64,000 bases of DNA from the human T2T-CHM13v2.0 reference genome, Homo sapiens (GCF_009914755.1 NC_060933.1); one strand, 5' to 3'. Shown: positions 14,201-26,149, counted from the first letter of the stretch. Numbers and translations are program-made. Notes: a model not told the origin generated them from the sequence alone.

Positions 14201-14790
14201 GGGTCAGGGATATGGCAGGACCAGGGCTAGGGCCAGGGCCAGGCCATAGTGAGGGCAGGGCAAAAGCCAAGGCAGGGTCAGGGCAGGTCCAGGGCAGGTC
14301 CAGGAAGCGGCCAGCACCAAGCGGGGCCAAGGCACAACCAGCGCAGGGTAAGGCAGGGCAATGGCACCACTGGGCCATGACAGGGCCAGGTCAGTGCCAG
14401 GAGAGGGCAGAACAGGAAGGCCCATGGTGGGGCCAGGGCAGGGATGGGCCAAAGCAGAGCCAGGACATTTCCAAGGCCAGGTCAGGGCCAGAACAGGAGC
14501 AGGACCATGACCACTGGCAGGGCCAGTGCCATGACAGGACCAGGGTCAGGACAAGGGGCAGGGCCAGAGCCAGGGCCAGAACCAAGGTCAGGCCAGTGCA
14601 CGTTCAGGGCAGGGCCAGTGCCAGGGCAAGACCAGGGCAGGGACAGGGTAGCACGGGGCCAAGACAGGGTCAGGATGGGACCAGAGCAGGACAGGGCTGA
14701 GAGTCCAGGTAACAGTAGGGCAGGTACAGGGCAAGGCAGGGCAGTACAGGGCCAGATCCACGGCAGGCACAGGGCAAAGCCAGGCCCATT
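11279..14790 (+). repeat. CAGGG repeat block 2
   Basis: 3.5 kb of degenerate cagggc/ccaggg units. Confidence 0.9.
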
Positions 14791-16070
14791 GCCAATGCAC
14801 CACCCCTCCCTACAAGGCTCCTACCACCTGGCCACTGCTGCAGCCTGTCCATCGCTGTAAGCCTGACTCCCAACCCTGCCTGCAGCCGCCCGCCCTCCTA
14901 GCGTGGCCACTCTCCTACCGCTATGGTGCACTGCAGTCTCCGTCACTGCCACCCACCCGCAGCGAGGTGAGCCGTGGTGTTGCAGGCTCTAGGTGTCTCC
15001 TCCTCCTCCTGGCATGGAGCAGCTGGGCGGGCAAAGCCAGAAAAGCCTAGAGGAAGTTGTGAGGAGTGGAAGCGTTAGAGCCTCAAGTTGTCGTGCCGGC
15101 CACTGGGTGGCAGGGGCCAGTTTCAGCAAAGGCACTCACACCCACCCTCCAAAGTCCAGCCTCTCCTTTTGGCCCAAGCTGGCCGGGAACTGGGGTCTGG
15201 GGTGGGTGCTGGAGACACCACAGCACCCAGCTCCCCACTCCACAGGAACCACTGGGCCCACCGGGGCTGCACTCCTCGGGGAACAGGAGAAGCAGAAAAA
15301 TTCAGACCCAGCCAGCCCTCCGCACCCAGGTGCCAATTCCTGTTCCGGATGCCTCCACACACAGGGCCCTGTTCCCCGTGGTGTCCCCAGGGGTGCCTGG
15401 CAGCCTCTGAGGCACAGACCCAGAGTGCACAGGCCCAGGAACCACGGTGGGTGTGGGGACTCTGCCATGCTCAGGATTCCCATGCAAACGCTGCGTGCCC
15501 TGCCGCACTCCAGTATGACCAAGAGTGGTTCGCCCTCTGGAGTGTGGAGTCAGGGAGAGGAGAACCACTCCTTCCTTGGATGCCAACTCTGTTGACTGCC
15601 GCCAGCAGTGCAGCCCCTGATAGCACCGAACTCGCCCCCGCTCCACTGCTAGTCCTGCCCTCAATAGCGCCCCCCACCTCCGTCCCCCAATGCCGCCAGT
15701 AGCATATACCCGATATGCCCTAACCTGTCCTCCTCCATGGGCATTGCAGCCCCAGAAAGCACCCATAACCCACCCTCCCTGCTGTGGGCAGTGCAGCCCT
15801 GTGCAGTGCTACCAACCAGTACCCCTAATGCAGGCAATGACACCCTGGATAGTGCCCCCAACCCACCCCACACTGCGAAAGGTGCAGCCCTGGATAGCCC
15901 CTGTCCTACCACTCTGGTCATGCTGCAGTCTCTGTCACTGCCACCACCAACTACAGTGAGGCAAGCCAGTGGGCCGCAGGCTCTAGCTCCCAGCAGCCAG
16001 GCATGGAGCAGCTCTCGCTGATGGCCGGCTCCTACCACACTGACCATGCTGCTGTCTGTCTCCGTGGCAA
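14791..16070. repeat. GC-rich pericentromeric repeat (tentatively REP522-like)
   Basis: Recurring cagtgcagccc..gatag..cccccaaccc units at 15600-15910 and an internal ~100-bp duplication (14925-15025 vs 15916-16015). The family name is from recall only. Confidence 0.5.
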
Positions 16071-16077
16071 TCTTCTT

Positions 16078-17376
16078 TCACTACAAAGAAATAAAACTAG
16101 GTATCAATAAGAAAAGTAATTTTGGAAACAATACAATCACATGGAAGTTAAACACTACCCTCCTGAATAAATGACCTGAATAAATAAAGGTCAATGAAGA
16201 TACTAAGACAGAAATTCAAAAATTTCATGAAACAAAGGGTAATGAAAACACAGTATACCAAAACTTGTTACGCAGAAAGCAGTACAAAGGCAGAGATTTA
16301 CAGCTATAAGTGCCTACCATCCAAACAAAAGAAAAACTTCAAATAAACAATACATCTTAAAGAACTAGTAAAGTAAGAACAAACTAAACCGAAAATAAGA
16401 AAATAAATAAGATCGTAGCAGAAACAAAATTGAAATAAAAAACACACAAGATTAAACGAAAAGTTGGTTTTCTGGAAAGCTAAACAAAATTGACAAACTT
16501 TTAACCAGCCTAAGAAAAGAGACAAGATTCAAATAAATAAAATCAACAGATTAAAAAAAGGAGACATTACAACTAATACTTCAGAAATTCAAAGGATCAT
16601 AACTGGCTATTATATGCCAATAAATTGGAAAGCCTAGTAGAAATTGGCAAATTCCTAGATGCATACAACCTACTTAGGTTAAACAATGAAAACATCCAAG
16701 ACCAGAACAGATTGGTAACAAGTAATGAGATTGAAGACATCAGAAAAAGTCTCCCAGTAAAGAAAAGCCCAGGAACTGATGATGTCTTCACTGCTGATGG
16801 CTTCACACCAAACAATTTAAAGACCTAGTACAAATCCTGCTCAAATTATTTTGAAAAACAGGAGGGAATACTTCCAAACTTATTCTATGAGACCATTATT
16901 ACTGTGATACGAAAATCAGATAAAAGCATCAAAGAAGAAAACTACAGGACAGGATCTCTAATATTGATGCAAAAATCCTCAACAGAATACCAGTGAATCA
17001 AATTCAGTAATACATTAAAAAGATAATTCATCATGATCAACTGGGATGTATCCCTGGAATGCAAGAGTCACTCAACATACAATGTGATACATCATATCAA
17101 CCAAATAAACGACAAAAACCGTATGATCATGTCAACTGAAACCAAAAAAGCATGTGATGAAATTCAACATCCCTTCATGCTATAAATCCTCAAAGAAACA
17201 GGCACAGAAGAAACATACCGCAACATAATAAAAACTACAGGAAAGACACCCACAGCTAGAATCATATGGAATGGGGAAAAATGGAAAGCTTTTCCTCTAA
17301 GATCTGGAACATGATAAGGATGCCCCCTGTCACCACTGTTGTTTAACATAGTACCAGAAATCCTAGCTAAAGCAAT
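16078..17376 (+). mobile_element. Degenerate internal L1 ORF2 fragment (old L1P/L1M), no 3' end
   Basis: A-rich sense strand with ORF2-like translation ([40 protein letters not shown]); stops and frameshifts present. Confidence 0.9.
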
Positions 17377-17940
17377 CAGTGCAGCCCCTGATATGGCCCC
17401 CAACCCACCCTGCCCCCTACCACCAGCAGTGTCGCCCCCCGCAAATAGCACACCCAACATACCCTAACCGCCCCGCCTCCCCGCACCATGGGCATTACAG
17501 CAGCCCATAGCGCCCTCAACCCAAAACCGCCATCCCCCCCCACAGCCGCACAGTGCAGCCCCAGATAGCACACTTAACCCACCTCACTGTTGCCAGCAAT
17601 ACAGTCTGGGATAGTGCCCCCAACCGGCTCCCCGCCAAAGGCAGTGCAGCCCCGGTTTGAGCCCCCAAACCGCCCCCCGCCCCCGGTGCAGGCAGCACAG
17701 CCCCAGATAGCACACCCAACCAACCACCCAAGACGGGCAGTGACGCCTGAGATAGGGCTCCCAACCCGTCCCAGGCCACCAGCAGTGCAGCCTGGATGGC
17801 GCACTTACCCCAATGCCTTTCTACACTCTGGCTGGCTGCAGTGTCCATCGCTGCCACCAACCACAAACATGGCTGCAAACAGGAAGGATTTTATTCACCG
17901 TCGATGCGGCCCCGAGTTGTCCCAAAGCGAGGCAGTGCCC
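17377..17940. repeat. GC-rich degenerate tandem array (cagtgcagccc...gatag...cccaacc; same family as 15600-15910)
   Basis: The motif cagtgcagccc recurs at 17377, 17551, 17642 and 17783, with looser copies in between. Confidence 0.65.
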
Positions 17941-17944
17941 CAAG

Positions 17945-18402
17945 GTCTATGCAGAGCAGAACGCAGCTCCGCCCTCGCAATGCTCTCCGGGTCTGTGCCG
18001 AGGAGAACGCAGCTCCGCCCTTGCAAAGGCACACAGCGCCGGTGCCGGCGTGGCGGAGAAGCGGACAGCGGCGGAGAGGCGGTCGGCGGCGGCGCGGCGG
18101 AGAGGCGGGCGGCGGCGGCGCGGCGGAGAGGCGGGCGGCGGCGGCGCGGCGGAGAGGCGGGCGGCGGCGGCGGCGCGGCGGAGAGGCGGGCGGCGGCGGC
18201 GCGGCGGAGAGGCGGGCGGCGGCGGCGAGGCGGGCGGCGGCGGCGAGGCGGGCGGCGGCGGCGCGGCGGAGAGGCGGACAGCGGCGGAGAGGCGGACAGC
18301 GGCGGAGAGGCGCACAGCGGCGGAGAGGCGCACAGGGGCGGAGAGGCGCACAGCGGCGGCGAGGCGCACAGCGGCGGCGCAGGCGCGGAGAGGCGCAGGC
18401 CC
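17945..18402. repeat. Interstitial TAR1-like (telomere-associated) repeat
   Basis: Two 46-bp-period units gtct(a/g)tgc..gag.agaacgcagctccgccct at 17945 and 17991, followed by derivatives of the ggcgcaggcgcagagaggcg 29-mer, as in human subtelomeric CpG islands. Confidence 0.85.
18052..18402. repeat. GGC-rich minisatellite (26-bp and 18-bp units)
   Basis: Near-perfect GGCGGAGAGGCGGGCGGCGGCGGCGC units flanked by GGCGGAGAGGCG(G/C)ACAGC units. Confidence 0.95.
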
Positions 18403-18879
18403 AGGCTCCACTCCCCAGCTGTGAAAGGGTAAGAGCTGAGGGTGGCTGAGACTCGGGGTTGTTCAGGGCGGGGTGGGCTCTGGACCCAGCAGGCCCGGCA
18501 CCCAGGTCAGGGCTCCAGGGGAGGCCAGGTGGGCGAAGGCCAAGAAGGGGCCGGGGCTGGTCAGGAAGGGCTCCTGGTGACCAGAGCACTTTGCGTGAGC
18601 CAGCGTGGGAGGAAGGTGGGCTGGATGAGCCAGGGAGGTGCCGGGAGGGTCCTTGGCAGAGGCGACCACCTCCATCAGCCCCCAGGCCACTGAACCCTGG
18701 GTAGCGAGAACCGACAGGGGAGGCTGCAGACAGAGGAGTGGAGGCTCCCCGGCTTTGGGGGCTCTGAGTAGAAGCATCTAGGGGGTCCCTCAAGAGGCCC
18801 CCAAACGCTTCCCCATGGTGAGAAAAGAAGGCGCAGAGAGGGGCACGGCGCCGGCGCCAGGGCAGAGGGGCGCACAGCA

Positions 18880-21450
18880 AGATTTGCTGTGATTTCTTTT
18901 ATTGCCCCAAGTGTACTTCATCTTGGTAGATTTCTATTGGCTTTAAAAATGTGTGTGTTTTGCTGTTGGGGAGTGGGGTGTTATACGGATGTCACATTTT
19001 GCTGGTTGACTGTTCAGATCTTTTGTCAATCCTTGCTCCTTTTCTGCCTAGTTTCACTCTGTCACTTACACTGGAGTGCGGTGGCACGAACATGACTCAC
19101 TGCAGCCTTGACTTCCTAGGTCAAGTACTTCCCCTGGCTTAACCTCCTGAGTAGCTGGTACTATAGGTGTGTGCCGGCACACCTGGCTAAATTTAAAATT
19201 TTTTGGAGAGATGAGGCCTTGCTATGTTGCCCAGGCTCGAACTCCTGGCCTCAAGCTATCCTTTGTCTTTGCCTCCCAGAGTTCTGGGATTACAGGCATG
19301 AGCCGCTGTGCCCGGCCTCTGCCTAGTTTTAATAGTTGCTAAGAGGAGGATGTTGAAGTAGATGTCTTCTTGGTGGGTTAATCCTTTTGTCACTAAGCAG
19401 TTGTTATGGTCACTTCCTTTTCACCCCATTGGTGAAGAAGGGGTCCCTGCCCTAAAGTGTAGGAGATGGCTGAACACGACACCTGGCGTGGATGGATGAG
19501 ATTGACAGCAGTGTTTTAGTCACATATACCCACAGCTCAGAGGAGGACACTGCATGCCACACAGGGTCAGATGGGCACCGCACTCTGTAGCGGAGTGAGG
19601 GCTGCGGGCTGAGGAAGCAGGCAGGCTTGGTAGTAACAAGAGCACACAATGACCAATGGTTCCCGAGGGGGAGAGCAATTGGCTTGTTTGAATAAATTCA
19701 TGGGCTGGCAGACAGGTGAAGTGAAACTTCTTAGGCTGAGGTGCAACTGTTCTGGCTGATAAAAGAACTAGCCAGGTGGGGAGCCTTTCCTGTTGGGCGG
19801 CGGGGTAGGGGGTGTCTGGTAGAAACAGGAAAACCCACGGCTAGGCCTTTGGGGCCCTGTGAGGCTCAAAGATGTCAAGGCAGCATAGGAAATTTTAGAT
19901 CTTAAAATTCAGTGAAGATCCTCTCCAGCTCTGGTAAATTATTTTGCTTGAAGTCTACTTCATGAGATATTAATATATTCACTCCTGCTTCCTTAAAAAA
20001 TTAATGATTTCACAGGATATCTTTCTCCATTCTTTTACTTTCAACCTACTTAGGTCCTTAAGTGAGTTTGAAGTTTCTTATGAACAGTATTTAGTTGGAC
20101 CATGTGTTTATTATAGGCTCTCCATCAATCTGTCTTTTGGTTTATTTAGACCATTTACATTTAAGGTGCTTATTGTTACATAATTGCTTATGTCTGATGT
20201 TTTTATTATTTGCTTTTTTGTTTCCGTTTTCTTTCCCTCCATCTTGATCTATTTCTGTATAATGTTGTTGCGTGTATCTCTTTGTATAGTCTTAAAGTGT
20301 TTGCTCTGGATGTTACAATATGTGTATTGTAATATAGTAGTCTACTGGCACCAGTATTTACCACTTCAAAGTGTGGAAACCTGCCTTGCATTTATGTCTC
20401 TTTACCTTTTCCACTTGTATAAATCACTGGCTTGAGTAGTACGTGGTGGTATAGTTTTTGTTTCAGTGGTCAAATGTGATTTTAAGAACTGTGGATTGTC
20501 TCGTGTATGTATCCACATTTCTGGTCTTTCCTTTGTCCCCCCTCCCATAGTCCCATATTCATCCCTGCTGCATAAGAACTTTCTGTAGCCATTTTTTTAT
20601 TTTGATTTGTTTGTTTTAATTTTTTGTATTGTGGAAATGACAGAACATATTTCTGTAGCCACTTTTTAGCATTTCTAAATTGACCAGTGACAAATTCCTA
20701 TATTTTCTTCCTCTGAGAATGTCTTTATTTCTCTCTTCATTTCTGAAGGGTAGTTTCATGGGATATAGAATTTGCAGCCAACGGTTTTTTCGTTTGGTTG
20801 TTTTTTTTTTAAGCACTTGAAAATGTTGTGCCACTTCCTTCTGGCCTCCATGGCATTTGAGTTGGCATGTCCCTACAGGCATTCTGCCATTTTTGCTCTT
20901 TGTTTTTAGTTTTGAAAGTTTAATCAGTGTTGCTTTCTTTTGGGATACTTTGAGGTTTGCTCAGCTTCTTGAATCTGTAAGTTTATATCTTTCACCAAAT
21001 GTGGGAAGCCTCAGGAATTAGTTATTTGCATGCTTTCGCAGCTCTGGTCTCCTGTGGGACTCAGATAACATAAATGCGGGGTCTTTTGTTATCGTCCCAC
21101 AGGTCCGTGCAGCTCTGTTCATTTGTTTTCAGGTTATTTTCTCTCTGTTGTTTAGACTGGGTGAATTCTGTTGATCAGGTTTCAGCTTCTCTGATTCTCT
21201 CCTCTGTCGTCTCCACTTTTACTCAATAGAGCCTATCCAGTTAGATTTTTTTTATATTTCTGTTACTGTATTTTATATTTGTGTAATTTCCATTTGATTC
21301 TTCTTCAGTTTCTTTGCTGACGTTTTCAGTTCTTTGATTGTTGCCATAGGATTTGTAGTTGCTTGTTGAAGCATTTTTATACTGACTGTTATAAGTGATG
21401 AGTCAGGTGGTTCCAACATCTGCCTATGTAATTTTTTTTTATTTTTGCAG
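18880..21450 (-). mobile_element. Fragmented old L1M remnants (interrupted)
   Basis: T-rich antisense L1-like tracts, e.g. gatattaatatattcactcctgcttcc and ctctgagaatgtctttatttc...gggatatagaatt. Confidence 0.6.
19055..19317 (-). mobile_element. AluJ-like, tail missing
   Basis: Antisense Alu body flanked by the direct repeat tctgcctagttt (19043-19054 and 19318-19329). Confidence 0.85.
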
Positions 21451-22084
21451 GCAGTCCTCCTGTTTAGGTTTAGTCTGTAGGTCTTGGTCTACTTTGTGGG
21501 CTGTGATTCCAATGGCAATTTAATTTCAGAGGCTTCATGGTGTTATTTTGGTCTGTTTGGCTAATATGTATCACTGGGATTCTCCCACCAGTCCCTGCTG
21601 TTGCCCACCTGAGGGAACAGGGGAGCTGCCCCAGGCTGGGCCACCTGCTGCAGCTAGGTGGGTGGGGAATGGTGGTTGTCTTGGTGTGTGGAGCTGGTTT
21701 TCTTGTTGTGGGGAAGATCTCCTTTGATCTGCGGGGACTGAGTCTGCCTGGGTTGCCTTCTATTGCTACGTTGGGAGTTGGGAAACTCTGGGCTTGGGTC
21801 ACCTTCCTATTGGATGAGGTCCAGGGAGACACCTGGACACTATGCATTCCCTAGTCCTAGAGTCCCTCAGCAGCCTTTTTCTGTCCACCTTTCGGGATTC
21901 TCCATTGATCATCTCCTGTCTATTATTTCTAGAGTTTGGGTTACATTTCTTAGGAGGGTATAATGTGTTATCTTCTTTAGACCAGAAATCCTTAGTGGTG
22001 GTTTCGGGTTGTAACTGTGCTAAAGGGAGAATTGGCGTATTTGTGATGTCGAGTCTTCCTTTTCAAATGAGGACATACCATTAT

Positions 22085-22200
22085 TCAGTATATAATATTT
22101 ACAACACCTACTTCCTTGGGTTGAAGAATGTGGTTAAGGCAAGGAAAGTACTTAACACAGTGCCTGGTGTGGAGAGCACTTACGAGTGTCGGTAGTGATG
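22085..22200 (+). mobile_element. MIR 3' fragment
   Basis: acacctacttc...aagtacttaacacagtgcctgg...gcact resembles the MIR 3' part. Confidence 0.6.
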
Positions 22201-22444
22201 CTATTCCTTTTGTCCTTTGGTAGCATATTAAAGCTTTTCTTCTTTTTTAAATAAATAAAGTTCTGGTGCACTTCTTGTTAGGTTTATTCCTATTTTATCC
22301 TTTTTTGCTTTTATTACAAATAGGAGCTTCCTATCTTTTAAAACATCTACCTGGTTCTTTGGCCCTTATGTGAAAATGTTTTAATAGCCTTCTAAACATT
22401 GCTCTCCCAAATGAGTTTTAACTTGCCTCTTTCTTTTGTTTTCC

Positions 22445-22574
22445 TTTTTTTGAGACAGGGTCTCACTTTGTCACCCAGGCTGGAGTTCAGTGACACAATT
22501 ATGGCTCACTGCAACCTCTGCCTCCCGGGCCCCCAAAGTGCTGGGTTTACAGGTGTGAGCCACTGCACCCAGCC
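22445..22574 (-). mobile_element. Internally deleted Alu
   Basis: The right-arm end joins directly to the left-arm start (ctgcctcccggg|cccccaaagtgctggg). Confidence 0.8.
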
Positions 22575-22892
22575 TTACTTGTCTATTTCTTTTAAGAGTG
22601 GGAACTATAATTGAACCCAGAGCTCCAAAAACAAATGAAGGAATGAATGAGTGAATAAGCTCTTCCCATGGGTTTGGTGTGGTTTGGGGCTCTACTCTTA
22701 ATCTAAATGCTATGTTTTATATGATCTAAAATTTCCCCTAGGTGTGTTACATGATTGTGTTGTGCTGAACTTACATTGAGACTCCTTTTCACGTGTGCTG
22801 GTTATCAGCATGGGACTTTTCCATTCACTCTTTGAATTATTCATTTGGGGGACACAGATAGACCTCTGTGTCTTTCATAAAAAGTGTCCATT

Positions 22893-23211
<319 letters not shown>

Positions 23212-23475
23212 CTATACTGGAAAAATTGAGATTGGGATTTTTGACATGAAGTGCGGAAATGTGGATTGGGTCCATTTAGTTTACCTAAACAGATGATGAA
23301 ATACTAACTGTTTTACGAAGCATTCCCTAGTGCAAAGTTTTGCCTGTGTGTCTAGTGACGGGAACAGTAAGAATGAGGCTTGGAACGCGGAGTGCATTGT
23401 GGGCCTGTCGTGGGTGGGGCCAGCAGCACATGCATGCCTGGCTCACAGAGCAGCCTTTGGGTGTTCTTTTCCTGG

Positions 23476-23547
23476 AGGAGCTCTACGGTGATTTTGAAGA
23501 CTTGGAAACGGGACGTGCACAAGGGAAAATCGGGCCCCGACACTCAG
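23476..23547 (+). pseudogene. BMS1P: BMS1P exon A (frameshifted; acceptor appears altered)
   Basis: EELYGDFEDLET, then a frame change to VHKGKSGPDTQ; donor CAG|GTATGA. The start could be 23476 or 23478. Confidence 0.85.
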
Positions 23548-24190
23548 GTATGACTTTGTCGTAGCTGGCTGTTCTTGGTCATTGTGTTCTGAGAGGCCCA
23601 CATTGAGAAATGCAAATCTTACTTGTGATGTGTGAAGATTGCAGACTGGATGGATAGATTCCTTCCTAAAGGGTGGGGATGTGGGGACCAAAGAGAAGCT
23701 TTCTTGTTTACTTATTAAGTTTTGGACGACAGTTACTACCGTTTCTTGCCATAGTCATTTGCCAAGACCACTGTGATTTTTCACTCACAGAAGTCTTAGC
23801 TTCTCAGACTTACATTCAACCATTGCCATCATTCTCCTCTTTTTAAATTTAAGTGTCATTTAAAAGAATGAAGTCCCTGTTCTCCCTAATATTTCTTTAG
23901 AACAGGGTCTGGGAGCATCTGGGTGAGGGACATGTCTGTTATTTTTATTCTAGTTTGTGTTCCCAGCCAGCTTAAGGAATAGCAGCTAATTGTAATGCAG
24001 ATGTAACAATTTCCTGTAGCAGTACCATGTTATTCAGAGACAAAGGTTATGTTGTGTTTTGTTTTGTTTTATTGATAATGATAACAGATTTTTGCTAAGA
24101 TTTTTGTTTAAATAGAACTTTAAAAAATGTAATGTTTAAAGAAAAGACCTTCATAAACATACACAAAATTTTTTCTTCTGGAAATTTAAG

Positions 24191-24362
24191 AATGAAGATA
24201 TAGAGAAACAAGGAAGAAATTGACCCTGACGAAGAAGAAAGTGCCAAGAAAAAGCATTTGGATAAGAAGAGAAAATTGAAGGAGATGTTTGATGCAGAAT
24301 ATGATGAAGGAGAAAGCACATATTTTGATGATCTTAAAGGAGAAATGCAGAAAGAAGCACAG
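24191..24362 (+). pseudogene. BMS1P: BMS1P exon B (frameshift near 5' end)
   Basis: ttaag|NEDIEK, frame change, KEEIDPDEEESAKKKHLDKKRKLKEMFDAEYDEGESTYFDDLKGEMQKEAQ|gtgag. Confidence 0.92.
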
Positions 24363-25149
24363 GTGAGAAACCTCAGTTCCTCTCAGCCCCTTGTCAAGAC
24401 TATCACATAGTGCAGGAATCCCTGACTTTCTTTGGGTCCCTGCTTCCTATCCTGCTTCTGTGCCTTTCATTTGGACTCCTGGGTAGATGCATGTGAGTGT
24501 ATTTATTCATGCAGTGAGCTCATTGTTTCTACAGTCAGAAGATCACCAGAAAAAGATCCATACCTGTTTTGTAACAAGAATTAGGAAACCGAAGTGACTG
24601 AGACATGGTCTCTACTTTTGAGACTTTTACAATGTAGTGATCTGAGACAGTGTGTTTATTTCAGTGCAAGCCAATGCTGCCTATTCCGATCGCTGCTCCC
24701 TGATTTGAATGGCAGGTGATCAGTGGCCCGTGTGGCTTATGGACACAGCAGAGCTCCCAGGGGAAGTGCTCTGAAAACTCATCCTGGTCAGAGTTCAGAA
24801 GGACATGTGGAGTATAAGGTCAGATGCGGAGATAAAGGGAGATGGTGTGGCCCTCCTGCCTGGGGGTGCTGAGCAGGTTGCTGGAGGCGGTGATCTCACT
24901 CTGAAGGAGACAGACACAGAAACGTGTGTACAGTTGATGGTGAGCATCTGAGTTGCGTCTTGTTAGTGAGACCAGGAGTGCCTGTGTAAGCTGGAACAGA
25001 TTAGGTATATGATTTGTGAAACGGAGTTTCATCCTAGATCTTCATCTAGTCAAAGGACTGTTTCCTGATTAGGCATTAGCTTAGTGGTTGCTAGTCTGTG
25101 TTGACCTTTGAAAGGCATGACTAGGCTAACTCTGAAGTTTCTGCTTCAC

Positions 25150-26130
25150 ACCATTTACAATTTAAAATTACCTAGAGCCTTGTGGGCCATTGGAAGAGAC
25201 TGAATGTTTCACTCTGAAATGGGAGTCCTTGGAGGGTTTTGAGCAGAGGAGAGACATTCAGGTAATCAGATCACTCTGCCAAGACATCAGTCCGGTAGAG
25301 ATCAGTCCGGTGGCACAAACCAGAGGGCTGGCAGTGGAGATGAGACAAAGAGTCAAACCCGGATAGAGTTTATTTGGAAGCTGGGTCAGTAGGATTTCCT
25401 GGTGGACTGAATGTGGGGTGTGTGAGGAAATGAGGATGGCGACTGGAAGTTCCTGGAAGGATGGGTTGTTGCAGGTTAGATAGGAAACTGTCTGCAGATG
25501 CAGTTTTGGGAAGATGATGTTTGTTTCGGCTGGGTATCATGCAGACAAGCGGAGTGTCAAGTCTGGAGAGACAGGTCTGGCCAGGGACTTAGATGTACAG
25601 CCCTCAGCATGTAGATGCCACTTAACTCTGTGAGGTGGCCGGGGAGTGAGTGCAGAGTGACTGGGAGGAGCAAGACTGGCATGGGCGAGATGGGGCGATT
25701 GCGGCCGTGAGGCCTGAGCAGTGCCTAGGAGGGAGAGGGAGAAGCAGTGTGAGCCTGCAGGCACGCAGGAGTCCAGTTGTACACGGAGGCGAAACACTGT
25801 TCAGATCCCGCTGCAGTGTTAACTATGGTAAAGGCAGAGTTGATCACCGGAGGAGTCCTTCAGCGTGGAGGCCTTCAGCGATCTTGGCAAGCACCAATTT
25901 TCATGGATGTAGGAGAATGGGAGCAGAGGAACTGGAGGCTGCAACTGTGGAAAACTTTTGTGGGGTTTTGCTGCAGAGAGAAGCAGAGAAATGAAGCAGT
26001 TTTTGGTGGAAGAAGTGGAATCAAAAGGTTTTGAGATGAGAGAGAGAACAGAGGGAAGAGCTGTTGGAATAAAGTCCAGGAAGAGTGGATGGTGTCTAGT
26101 GAGCAAGTGATGTGTGGCCCTGAGTAGAGG
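25150..26130 (-). mobile_element. L2 fragments
   Basis: Purine-rich L2-like motifs (actctgaaatgggagtccttggagggttttgagcagagg; ggcagtggagatg). Confidence 0.55.
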
Positions 26131-26149
26131 CATGGACAAATCATCTGTG

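Larger units (their letters stand above)
17600..18880. promoter_or_regulatory. CpG island/candidate promoter, with candidate + strand splice donor GG|GTAAGA (GT at 18429-18430)
   Basis: Very high GC and CpG density with many GGCGG boxes, and a donor-like site just after the minisatellite. Activity is inferred, not shown. Confidence 0.55.

Noticed and set aside
8969-14873. Many Gly/Gln/Arg and Pro/Leu/Trp ORFs on both strands
   Set aside because: Translations of CAGGG/CCCTG repeats; no recognisable domain or splice structure.
15700-17480. Interstitial telomere tract or fusion site
   Set aside because: Only isolated ccctaacc hexamers; no tandem (CCCTAA)n or head-to-head arrays.
17590-18880. 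Ala/Arg/Gly/Pro-rich ORFs of 150-330 aa
   Set aside because: Open because the minisatellite lacks T on the + strand. Not called as CDS; noted only as a repeat-translation possibility.
19430-19915. Possible solo LTR splitting the old L1
   Set aside because: Composition differs from the flanks and gtgaag occurs at both ends, but I could not establish TG...CA termini or a family.
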